A stretch of 32,000 nucleotides of DNA from Vibrio vulnificus CMCP6 (GCF_000039765.1 NC_004459.3:900001-932000); one strand, 5' to 3'. Positions 9,149 to 18,332 are shown, counted from the first letter of the stretch. The notes: generated by a model from the letters alone, not told the origin. Translations and numbers: made by a program.

Positions 9149-9786
9149 TACTGGGTCTTCCTCAGTAAAATTACATCTTTGCCAATAAATTCAAGTTCGA
9201 GCTTATCTCGCTCTGCCAGATACTGAAACGTTGCTTGGCTAAAAAAGATCACATGCGTGGGGTCATTTTTATAGTGCCAGTTCGCAAACGCTTCTCGATC
9301 AATCACCATTTTGGTCATTAGACCGATCCAGCCTCTGGGTTTAACTAAATTCAACCATTGTTGCCACACCACATTGGGTTCATAGAGGTGCTCGATCACC
9401 TCAGTAGCCGTCATGAAGTCATACTCTCTTCTCAGCACTGAACGGTCTGGATGATAATAGAGATCGTACAACGACATAACGTGACCATGCTCTTCTAGCA
9501 TCAGTGAGAGCGTTGGTCCGGGTCCACAACCAAAATCCAGTCCATTTGATTGGGGTGCGATTCGTTCTAAAAGAGGATCGGTAATACGCGATAAGAAGCG
9601 GCGATAACCGAGGTCCAATGGATTGTTCTCATGCAGATCATAGTGAGATTTTTCAGTTTTTGCATCCAAGCGTTGCTCGGGATTAACAAACACCAACTCA
9701 CAGCGCGCACATTGCAGATACTCACGACGCTTGTCAGTAAAATAGTGCAGAATCTGATCATGCTGACATAAAGGACAAGTATGCAT
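9148..9786 (-). CDS. Class I SAM-dependent methyltransferase with N-terminal Cys4 zinc-ribbon-like motif
   Basis: I chose ATG 9786 (SD GAGGAA 6 nt upstream) over the track start 9954, whose extension runs into the sRNA terminator. CPLC...CARC at the N-terminus and SAM motif I LDFGCGPG. The stop TAA overlaps the yihI ATG (TAATG at 9146-9150). Confidence 0.8.
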   Translation of the reverse strand: MHTCPLCQHDQILHYFTDKRREYLQCARCELVFVNPEQRLDAKTEKSHYDLHENNPLDLGYRRFLSRITDPLLERIAPQSNGLDFGCGPGPTLSLMLEEHGHVMSLYDLYYHPDRSVLRREYDFMTATEVIEHLYEPNVVWQQWLNLVKPRGWIGLMTKMVIDREAFANWHYKNDPTHVIFFSQATFQYLAERDKLELEFIGKDVILLRKTQ

Positions 9787-9887
9787 TCGGACTTCCTCAA
9801 ACAGGGATGCGAAACATACCAGAAAGTCGACCCAGATTGGAGAGCCAACGGGCAAATAATCACCAATTTCGTAAAAAAACGGCCAAA

Positions 9888-10238
9888 ATAAAAAAAGCGA
9901 CAGCCATGCTGTCGCTTTCCGAACGGCCACTGAGTGGCCAAAACTGTGTTGCACTCATTCAGTGCACCAATAATCCATTTGTTTTTCGTGCTTTCCATGC
10001 CAAAAGGTGTTGTTCGTCATCTTCCTGATGATTTTTGGCTTTCCATCGACTTCCTGTATCACGGCTTACTCCCTAAGCCTGATCCTTTACCCTGTCTTAA
10101 CCTTTAGACGAGATGACCATCCTTATCTGACCTGTATCCTACAGGTCTAACGTCCTTTTCTCCGACTACCAAGCGATCCGTTGCTTGCATCCTTGGAGAC
10201 CATCTTGGTCTGAATCCTTCACCAACTCCCTGCTGGTG
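9888..10238 (-). ncRNA. csrC: Csr-family CsrA-sequestering sRNA (CsrC position; Vibrio paralogue name uncertain)
   Basis: No credible ORF. 16 GGA motifs on the minus strand, including 4x AAGGAT and 2x CAGGAAG. Terminal GC hairpin 9897-9915 plus U-run. Same neighbourhood (yihI...engB) as E. coli csrC. The 5' end is only estimated, from a TTGTTT-N16-TAAATT promoter. Confidence 0.8.
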
Positions 10239-10451
10239 ATGCCTAATTTACCTTGTCATCAAAATGAAACAAGCGAGTGAAAACGATTTCGTCGACGTTT
10301 TTAACTTAATTTTTATTTTTCTCTATTTATCAATGCATTAAATAAAGCACTTAGACAAAGGCGGGAAAAGAAATGGCAAATGTCTTACAAAGACTAAGGC
10401 GATTTGTCTTTTCTCTTCTTTTCTACCTAAACCATGTGAGTACATGGCTAT

Positions 10452-10493
10452 CAAAAAAGAAAACGCCCTAGTACAGTAGTACCAGGGCGTTTT
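10452..10493 (-). terminator. Rho-independent terminator of the cytochrome c4 gene
   Basis: Stem AAACGCCCTAGTAC (10461-10474) / GTACCAGGGCGTTT (10479-10492) with one mismatch. On the minus strand it is followed by TTTTCTTTTTT. Confidence 0.75.
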
Positions 10494-10525
10494 CATACAA
10501 CCTTTGCTCGAGCGGTTCAGGCTAA

Positions 10526-11143
10526 TTAGTGAAGACCACCAACATATTTAGACAGAATCTCAATGTCTTCGTCGGTCAGTTTCTTCGCGATGTCACGCAT
10601 CATTGCATTCATATCATTGCCACGTGACGCGTCGCGGAATTTAACAAGTTGAGCTTTGATGTAGTCAGCATGCTGACCTGAAATTTTAGGGAAACCTGAA
10701 AGCTCAGTACCGTTACCACGAGGGCCATGACAAGCAATACATGCTGCAATACCACGGTTGGCATCGCCTGCGGTATAAAGCACTTTACCTTGCTCCACCA
10801 CATTTTCTGGCGTGGTGTTGTGAGAAATTGGCAGTGAGGCATAATAAGCCGCGAGATCCGCCATGTCCTGTTCACTTAATGGCATAGCCATGCCACTCAT
10901 AACCGGATCGTAACGACCTTGCTTACCAGCACTTTCCATACCTAATTTGAGATCTTTCAACTGCTTCTCAAGGTATTTGGCGTGTTGACCTGCCAGTTTT
11001 GGGTAAGTAGTGATTGCACTGTTGCCGTCAGCACCGTGACACGCAACACACGTTTGGGATTTTGCTTTACCAGCTTCAATATTACCTTGGGCCCATACTG
11101 AGCAGCTGGCTATAAGACTCAAAATTAGCGCTAATTTCTTCAT
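10526..11143 (-). CDS. Dihaem cytochrome c4
   Basis: 205 aa with signal peptide MKKLALILSLIASCSVWA. Two haem-binding CXXCH motifs (CVACH, CIACH), each followed by a distal Met region. Divergent from engB. Confidence 0.9.
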   Translation of the reverse strand: MKKLALILSLIASCSVWAQGNIEAGKAKSQTCVACHGADGNSAITTYPKLAGQHAKYLEKQLKDLKLGMESAGKQGRYDPVMSGMAMPLSEQDMADLAAYYASLPISHNTTPENVVEQGKVLYTAGDANRGIAACIACHGPRGNGTELSGFPKISGQHADYIKAQLVKFRDASRGNDMNAMMRDIAKKLTDEDIEILSKYVGGLH

Positions 11144-11289
11144 GACATTCCATTATAATTATCAAGCTTCCAGTACCACGGATGTGAACATACCGAGTAC
11201 ACTCATGGTACAATAGGCGACCTTATGCCGAGCACGGTTATTTTACACAATTTCACAAAAAAGTAATCAATCGACTACACAAAGTCGAG

Positions 11290-11952
11290 ATGGAGTTAAC
11301 AGTGAGCGTAAAAATTCATTACCAAAACACGCATTTCATCACTAGTGCACCCGATATTCGCCATTTACCCGCTGATGAAGGGATCGAAATTGCGTTTGCA
11401 GGACGCTCAAATGCTGGTAAGTCCAGTGCACTGAATCGCTTAACCAATCAGAAAAACTTAGCTAAGACCTCGAAAACCCCAGGTCGTACTCAGTTGATTA
11501 ACTTGTTTAAAGTCACGGAAGGTTGCCACATTGTCGACCTACCTGGGTACGGCTTTGCACAAGTGCCACTTGAAATGAAAAATAAGTGGCAAAAATCACT
11601 TGGTGAGTATTTGCAAAAACGCGAATGCTTGAAGGGCTTAGTGGTACTGATGGACATTCGTCATCCAATGAAAGATCTCGACCAACAGATGATCTTTTGG
11701 GCAATTGAAAGTCGTATCCCTGTGCAAGTACTGCTGACAAAAGCAGACAAACTGAAGAGCGGTGCGCGTAAAGCGGAATTGCTCAAAGTGCGCAAGTTGG
11801 CGGAAACCTTCGGTGGGGACGTACAAGTGGATGTCTATTCCTCCCTCAAAGGGCTTGGGGTGGATCAGCTTAGAGCCAAACTGGATACTTGGTTTGCACC
11901 TGCGCTTGCTCACCTGCTGGAAGACGAAGAAGGGTCAAATTCAGCCGAGTAA
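11290..11952 (+). CDS. engB: Ribosome-biogenesis GTPase EngB/YihA
   Basis: 220 aa colinear with E. coli YihA ([15 protein letters not shown]1 [10 protein letters not shown]3 DLPGYG, G4 TKADK). GTG 11302 is an alternative start. Confidence 0.92.
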   Translation: MELTVSVKIHYQNTHFITSAPDIRHLPADEGIEIAFAGRSNAGKSSALNRLTNQKNLAKTSKTPGRTQLINLFKVTEGCHIVDLPGYGFAQVPLEMKNKWQKSLGEYLQKRECLKGLVVLMDIRHPMKDLDQQMIFWAIESRIPVQVLLTKADKLKSGARKAELLKVRKLAETFGGDVQVDVYSSLKGLGVDQLRAKLDTWFAPALAHLLEDEEGSNSAE

Positions 11953-11977
11953 AACGGATAACCATCGCTTCGCTCTC

Positions 11978-12010
11978 AAAGCCCTGCTGTTTATAAGCAG
12001 GGTTTTTTGT
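11978..12010 (+). terminator. Rho-independent terminator of engB
   Basis: Stem CCCTGCT (11982-11988) / AGCAGGG (11996-12002) followed by TTTTTT. Confidence 0.8.
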
Positions 12011-12472
12011 GTCTCTTCTTACTTGGCGGATTGGTCATCACTGAATACGCCTTTCCGTCATTGTTCAGCGCAAAGTTCTCTCCTTTAGATACAAAAATCC
12101 CCGCCATCCTGGCAGGGAAACGGGAGAGAAAAATCGGTAGTTATTGTTATGCTTTGAAGCATTACCGATGTTTGTTTCTATTTCAATAGCTCAGTCATTG
12201 ATGAAAATGACACACCCTCTCAGCTTTCGCCCTCTAAAAACCATCTAACTAACTGATAAAAATAAGAAATACATCAATAACATCCTATTTATATATGCAC
12301 TTAGTTTTCCAAGAGAAATAATCAGAGTGTGAGTGGTGTAAATTTACATATTGATATAACGCTCTGTTGCGTTCGTTTTTCAATCTGAAACCGTATAAAA
12401 AGAAACAAACAAGAGGCGTTAAGAATGGAGATGCGATATAGATATGATTTAATTGAAATTTTATTTAGCCCA

Positions 12473-12581
12473 ATAAAAAACGCCCCAGTCAAATAACCTG
12501 ACTGGGGCGGCTGAATCAGCCTAATCCAATAACGTGAAACAAAAGGTCTGAAAGATAGAACATCTTACCTCTGTACCCTAC
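12473..12581 (-). ncRNA. spf: Spot 42 sRNA
   Basis: The minus strand reads GTAGGGTACAGAGGTAAGATGTTCTATCTTTCAGACCTTTT..., identical over the first ~41 nt to E. coli Spot 42 as I recall it. It ends in the same GCCGCCCCAGTCAG...CTGACTGGGGCGTTTTTTATT terminator. It lies downstream of polA in the same orientation, as in E. coli. Confidence 0.93.
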
Positions 12582-12693
12582 GCGTACTAATGTACAACAA
12601 TTGGTCAGAATTGCAAACTTTTTCTGTAGTTTTTTTTCATGATTTTTTTATTTAACTACAACTCAACAATATTTCTGCAAACTTTTTTGATGC

Positions 12694-12724
12694 TAAAAAA
12701 AAGCCAGAGTTTGTGCTCTGGCTC
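12694..12724 (-). terminator. Rho-independent terminator of polA
   Basis: Stem AGCCAGAG (12702-12709) / CTCTGGCT (12716-12723). On the minus strand it is followed by a run of 8 T. Confidence 0.8.
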
Positions 12725-12756
12725 ATGATATTTATTCGTTTTTGTACAAAAAATGC

Positions 12757-15552
12757 TTAATGCGCTTGATCCCAGTTGTCACCATGGCCAGCTTCCGCCA
12801 CCAAAGGAACATTTAACTGTGCTGCAGATTCCATCAATTGTTGTACTTTACTTTCAATTTCGGTCAAACAGGACTCTTCCACTTCAAACACCAGTTCATC
12901 GTGTACTTGCATCAGTAATTTGACTCGACCATTGCCTTCCTCTTGAATCCACTGATCCACCAACAACATCGCTTTCTTGATGATGTCTGCTGCAGTGCCC
13001 TGCATTGGAGCGTTGATCGCCGCACGTTCTGCTGCTTTACGACGCATCACATTGCGAGAGGTAATTTCCGGTAGATGCAAACGACGACCAAAAATGGTTT
13101 CAACATAACCATGTTGAGCGGCATTTGAACGTGTGTCTTCCATGTACTGCATGACACCAGGGTAGCGCTCGAAATATTTATCCATATAAGCTTGTGCTTC
13201 ACCACGCGGAATTCCAAGCTGTTTCGCTAAACCAAACGCACTCATGCCATAGATAAGACCAAAGTTGACGGCTTTGGCTCGACGACGCTGCTCACTGGAG
13301 ACTTGTTCAATCGACACGCCCATGATTTCTGCCGCGGTTGCCGCATGGATATCTTTGCCTTGCTGGAAGGCGTCAAGCAGTGCTTGGTCACCAGACAAGT
13401 GCGCCATAATACGCAATTCAATCTGTGAATAGTCGACCGCAAGAATTTTATAGCCATGTGGCGCAACGAACGCTTGGCGAATACGGCGTCCTTCTTCATT
13501 ACGAATTGGAATATTTTGCAAGTTTGGATCGGTTGACGATAAACGACCAGTAGCCGTCACGGCTTGATGGTAAGACGTATGCACGCGCCCTGTGTGTGGG
13601 TTAATCATTTTCGGCAGCTTATCGGTGTAAGTCGATTTCAACTTCGCTAAGCCACGGTACTCCATAATGACGCTCGGCAGTGGGTAATCCAACGCGAGTT
13701 CTTGCAACACTTCTTCTGCTGTAGAAGGGGTACCTGAAGGCGTTTTCTTGATAACAGGTAAACCCATTTGCTCAAACAAGATGGTTTGCAGCTGCTTTGG
13801 CGAGTTCATATTGAATGGCTGGCCTGCGATTTCATACGCTTTTTGCTCTAACTCTCCCAAGCGCACAGCGATCTCTTGAGATTGCGCAGACAGTTTCATG
13901 TCATCAATCAACACACCAGTCCGTTCCATACGTGATAACACTGGCACTAATGGCACTTCAATCTCTTGATAGATGGCGTTGAGTTTCTCATCTTGTTCAA
14001 TATTGGCAAACAAGCGGTTGTGCAAACGCAAGGTGACATCCGCGTCTTCGGCGGCATAAACCGCAGCTTCATTCAGATCAATTTGATTGAAAGTCAGCTG
14101 ATTCTTGCCTTTGCCAGCCAATTGCTCAAACGAAATACAACTGTGCTGTAGGAAGCGCAGTGCCAAGCTATCCATGTCGTGCTTGCCGCCCACGCTGTTG
14201 TACACATAAGAAGCCAGCATGGTGTCGTGCTTGATGCCCTTCATCTCAATACCATAGCGAGCCAGCACTGAGGCATCGTACTTCAAGTTTTGGCCAACTT
14301 TTGCCTTCGTATCATCTTCCAGCAGTGGCTTAAGTTGAGCCAGCACCCAATCGCGATCAAGTTGCTCCGGAGCATCCAGATAATCGTGTGCGACAGGCAC
14401 ATAGGCAGCTTCACCTTCTGCCACAGCAAATGACAGGCCCACTAAGTTAGCGACCATGTAATCAAGGCTGTCCGTTTCGGTATCGAAGGCAAACAGCTCT
14501 GACGCTTTCAGCTTGTCCAACCAAATGTCGAATGTCGCTTGGTCGAAGATGGTTTGATATTGGCTACGGTCAATATTCGCCGCAGCATTGTTGATTTCAC
14601 TTTCAACCGGAGATGCGCCACTGCGTACCGAGGTTTGTGCTTTTTCATCCGCTTCAACAACACCAGTGCCACCTTCTAGTAGCTCATTGAGCCAAGATTT
14701 AAAGGCCAGTTGGCCATAGAGCTTGATCAGCTCATCTTTATTTGGCTCTGTTTTTAAAAGGGATTCTGGCGTTTCTTGCAATGCAACATCAAGCTTGATC
14801 GTCGCTAGCTGATAAGACAGCAACGCATTGTCTTTGTTGTCCACCAGCTTCTTCGCCATGGTTTTTGAGCCGCGGAAGCTCAGTGCCGCAATGTCATCCA
14901 AATGGTCGTACAACTGACTAAGACCACCAATACCTTGCAGCAGAGCTGTGGCGGTTTTATCACCCACACCAGGCACGCCAGGAATGTTATCGACCTTGTC
15001 ACCCATTAACGCGAGATAATCGATGATCAGTTCAGGTGGAATACCGAATTTCTCAATGACCCCTTCTCTGTCCATCACGACATTGGTCATGGTGTTGATT
15101 AGGGTAATGTTGTCGTCCACTAACTGAGCCATATCTTTATCACCGGTACTGATCAGCACCGGCATCCCTTGTTGAGAAGCTTGATAGGCCAGCGTACCAA
15201 TCACATCGTCCGCTTCAACACCTTCAATAGCAATCAAGGGAAGCCCCATTGCTTTAATAACTTGATGAAGAGGTTCTATTTGGCAACGCAGATCGTCCGG
15301 CATTGGTGGTCGGTTGGCCTTATATTCCGGATACATATCGTCGCGAAAGGTTTTGCCTTTGGCGTCAAACACCACCGCAATACGATCAGAAGCAAACTGA
15401 CGCATCATGCTGCGCAGCATGTTCACCACACCGTAGACCGCATTGGTTGGGATATCACCATTACTCATGGTGCCAGGATAGGCATGAAACGCTCGATAGA
15501 GGTAAGAAGAGCCATCAATAAGAATTAATGGATTTTCAGGAATAGTGGCCAT
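12757..15552 (-). CDS. polA: DNA polymerase I
   Basis: 931 aa from ATG 15552 ([24 protein letters not shown]), matching the E. coli PolA N-terminus. 5'-nuclease, 3'-5' exonuclease ([10 protein letters not shown]) and polymerase motifs ([17 protein letters not shown]) are present. The track start 15630 adds 26 unsupported codons. Confidence 0.95.
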   Translation of the reverse strand: MATIPENPLILIDGSSYLYRAFHAYPGTMSNGDIPTNAVYGVVNMLRSMMRQFASDRIAVVFDAKGKTFRDDMYPEYKANRPPMPDDLRCQIEPLHQVIKAMGLPLIAIEGVEADDVIGTLAYQASQQGMPVLISTGDKDMAQLVDDNITLINTMTNVVMDREGVIEKFGIPPELIIDYLALMGDKVDNIPGVPGVGDKTATALLQGIGGLSQLYDHLDDIAALSFRGSKTMAKKLVDNKDNALLSYQLATIKLDVALQETPESLLKTEPNKDELIKLYGQLAFKSWLNELLEGGTGVVEADEKAQTSVRSGASPVESEINNAAANIDRSQYQTIFDQATFDIWLDKLKASELFAFDTETDSLDYMVANLVGLSFAVAEGEAAYVPVAHDYLDAPEQLDRDWVLAQLKPLLEDDTKAKVGQNLKYDASVLARYGIEMKGIKHDTMLASYVYNSVGGKHDMDSLALRFLQHSCISFEQLAGKGKNQLTFNQIDLNEAAVYAAEDADVTLRLHNRLFANIEQDEKLNAIYQEIEVPLVPVLSRMERTGVLIDDMKLSAQSQEIAVRLGELEQKAYEIAGQPFNMNSPKQLQTILFEQMGLPVIKKTPSGTPSTAEEVLQELALDYPLPSVIMEYRGLAKLKSTYTDKLPKMINPHTGRVHTSYHQAVTATGRLSSTDPNLQNIPIRNEEGRRIRQAFVAPHGYKILAVDYSQIELRIMAHLSGDQALLDAFQQGKDIHAATAAEIMGVSIEQVSSEQRRRAKAVNFGLIYGMSAFGLAKQLGIPRGEAQAYMDKYFERYPGVMQYMEDTRSNAAQHGYVETIFGRRLHLPEITSRNVMRRKAAERAAINAPMQGTAADIIKKAMLLVDQWIQEEGNGRVKLLMQVHDELVFEVEESCLTEIESKVQQLMESAAQLNVPLVAEAGHGDNWDQAH

Positions 15553-15680
15553 AGTTGTCGTTATCCAGCAGAGAATAAAATGATCTGCTAAGGATGCCAC
15601 GTCTAATCCAGTGAATCCACGCTCTCGCATAAAATCCGTTAGCTAAGATGTCACAATTAGCTCACATTTTCCTCTCCATC

Positions 15681-15713
15681 TGTGGATAAGTCTGTTTATA
15701 TTAATTATCCACC
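15681..15713. promoter_or_regulatory. Pair of inverted DnaA boxes upstream of polA
   Basis: TGTGGATAA (15681-15689) is a perfect reverse complement of consensus TTATCCACA. TTATCCACC (15705-15713) matches 8/9. The two are 15 bp apart and 130-160 bp upstream of the polA start. Confidence 0.6.
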
Positions 15714-15782
15714 GGATATTCAAGTCGTTAAAACCAGTATAAAAATGAAAATATCACATTGAAAAATAAGACAAAATATCAA

Positions 15783-15831
15783 GATCGAAGCGAAAGAAAA
15801 CGATCATTTAGCGATCATCCATTGTGGACAA
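15783..15831. promoter_or_regulatory. Three GATC sites plus a third DnaA box
   Basis: GATC at 15783, 15802 and 15813, followed by TGTGGACAA (15823-15831), which is TTGTCCACA on the other strand and matches the DnaA consensus 8/9. Confidence 0.5.
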
Positions 15832-15881
15832 AGATAATCACTGAGAAAAAATAAGTCTTTCTGTACAGAAAAAAACCAATA

Positions 15882-16106
15882 AAAAAAGCGACATCGTTTG
15901 ATGTCGCCTAGCAAAATTGCGGTGAAGCTAATTCGTTGAATACGGCAGCTTAACCATAAAGCTATAAATTACACTGGAAGCAATGTGAGCAATGTCGTGT
16001 CAAAAAGAATTCGTGCAAGTTCAGAGCAATTTGTATCATCACCTTTTCAACACCGTTGTTTGGGGTAAATCAACATCCTTGTGAACTTTTCCTCATTCCC
16101 TAAGAC
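15882..16106 (-). ncRNA. ryhB: RyhB iron-responsive sRNA (long Vibrio-type form)
   Basis: The minus strand of 15974-15999 reads CACGACATTGCTCACATTGCTTCCAG, the conserved RyhB core. Terminator stem GCGACATC (15888-15895) / GATGTCGC (15900-15907) plus a U7 run. Promoter TTGACA-N16-TATTAT (-10 at 16118-16113) overlaps a Fur box. The 5' end is estimated. Confidence 0.85.
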
Positions 16107-16112
16107 GCCTTA

Positions 16113-16166
16113 ATAATAACAATTCTCATTTGCATGTCAACTATCAAATGAGAAAAAATCTCATTT
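16113..16166 (-). promoter_or_regulatory. Fur boxes over the ryhB promoter
   Basis: On the minus strand, GCAAATGAGAATTGTTATT (16133-16115) matches 13/19 to GATAATGATAATCATTATC and spans the -35/-10 spacer. A second element, AAATGAGA-N5-TCTCATTT (16146-16166), is a perfect 8-bp inverted repeat of the same half-site. Confidence 0.6.
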
Positions 16167-16318
16167 ATTTACCGTGATACTCAAGCTTTATGAGCCATTT
16201 AATTTGGACTCTCATGTTTCTATATTATTTTCAAAGAGATATACATTAACGCTCCCTCTTAGTGAGCACATACCCATCAAGCAAAGCGCTTTTTTGATTG
16301 TTATCTTCCTGACAAAAC

Positions 16319-16345
16319 GTAAAAAGGCTGGCACAAGCCAGCCTC
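16319..16345 (-). terminator. Rho-independent terminator of hemB
   Basis: Stem AGGCTGGC (16325-16332) / GCCAGCCT (16337-16344). On the minus strand it is followed by TTTTT. Confidence 0.8.
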
Positions 16346-16369
16346 ATAACCTCGCAAGAGGGATTACCA

Positions 16370-17449
<1,080 letters not shown>

Positions 17450-17561
17450 TCATATCACTACGAAGGCTGCGCGCCAGCAACAATAAAGAAAAATCGCAAA
17501 AATGACCAAATGCTCACACTGGCGTATACTCTGCACACCTTTTGAACGCTGAGATAACCTA

Positions 17562-18332
17562 ATGATTGACACTCATGCCCATATTTACGCCAAAGAATTT
17601 GACCAAGACCGCGACCAAGTTGTGCAACGCGCGCTTGAGCAGGGCATTGAAAAAATCTTACTACCCAATATCGACCTCGATTCCATTGAGCCGATGCTAC
17701 GCACCGAAGCCGCGTACCCAGACATATGCCATTCAATGATGGGGCTGCATCCATGTTATGTGGACAATAATGTGAAGCAGACGCTCGAGACGATCCACGC
17801 TTGGTTTGCAAAACATTCGTTCATTGCTGTCGGTGAGATTGGTATCGACTTGTATTGGGATAAAACGTATCAAAAGGAGCAAGAGTGGGCCTTTGCCACT
17901 CAGCTTAATTGGGCAAAAGAGCTTAAACTGCCCGTTGTCATTCATACGCGAGATTCCATTCAAGAAACTCTCAAACTCCTAAAAGCCGAGCAAGACGGTA
18001 CATTGAGTGGGGTATTTCACTGCTTTGGTGGTTCAATTGAAGAAGCCAACGCCATCAACGACCTTGGTTTCCATCTTGGTTTAGGCGGGGTCACCACCTT
18101 TAAGAATGGTGGCATGGACAGTGTCATTCCAAGCCTAGATCTCAACTATGTGATTCTCGAGACGGATTGCCCTTATTTAGCCCCCGTTCCACATCGCGGC
18201 AAACGGAATGAACCTGCTTATACCCGATTGGTCAATGAACGGATCGCCGATCTACGACAACTCTCCAATGAGGAAGTGGCTAAAATAACCTCAGAAAATG
18301 CCAAACGTTTGTTTCACTTACTGGATAAATAA
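17562..18332 (+). CDS. TatD-family metal-dependent hydrolase/DNase
   Basis: 256 aa with N-terminal MIDTHAH (HxH), GEIGLD, a VIHTRD-type motif, HCF and a C-terminal ETDCPYLAP, all TatD/YcfH/YjjV family signatures. Candidate promoter TGACCA-N16-TATACT upstream. Confidence 0.9.
   Translation: MIDTHAHIYAKEFDQDRDQVVQRALEQGIEKILLPNIDLDSIEPMLRTEAAYPDICHSMMGLHPCYVDNNVKQTLETIHAWFAKHSFIAVGEIGIDLYWDKTYQKEQEWAFATQLNWAKELKLPVVIHTRDSIQETLKLLKAEQDGTLSGVFHCFGGSIEEANAINDLGFHLGLGGVTTFKNGGMDSVIPSLDLNYVILETDCPYLAPVPHRGKRNEPAYTRLVNERIADLRQLSNEEVAKITSENAKRLFHLLDK

Noticed and set aside
8554-9188. Two long plus-strand ORFs (178 and 172 aa) antisense to yihI.
   Set aside because: Their low-complexity Ser/Arg/Leu-rich translations mirror the Lys/Glu/Asp-rich yihI codons. 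yihI itself has clear homology and operon context.
9787-9998. N-terminal extension of the methyltransferase ORF to 9954, and overlapping ORF 9567-9998.
   Set aside because: The extension reads through the Csr sRNA terminator hairpin and has no SD. ATG 9786 has GAGGAA at the right distance and starts exactly at the Cys4 motif.
10372-10389. Full GacA/UvrY/VarA box (TGTAAG-N6-CTTACA) upstream of the Csr sRNA.
   Set aside because: Only the CTTACA half (10384-10389) is present. The partner position reads AATGGC, so it is reported only as a half-site within the finding.
12007-12189. 60-aa ORF with a TTG start beginning inside the engB terminator U-run.
   Set aside because: It has no SD, starts within the terminator and reads through two hairpins. 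It is most likely a chance ORF.
12425-12496. 23-aa plus-strand ORF (MEMRYRYDLIEILFSPIKNAPVK) with a good SD (AGAGG, 8-nt spacing), convergent with spf.
   Set aside because: Its last 8 codons are simply the antisense of the Spot 42 terminator. I have no conservation evidence, so I treat it as chance. It would surface in the RNA-seq/Ribo-seq check proposed for the spacer.
15553-15630. Upstream start (15630) for polA.
   Set aside because: [22 protein letters not shown] at 15552 aligns with the known PolA N-terminus. The extension has no support.
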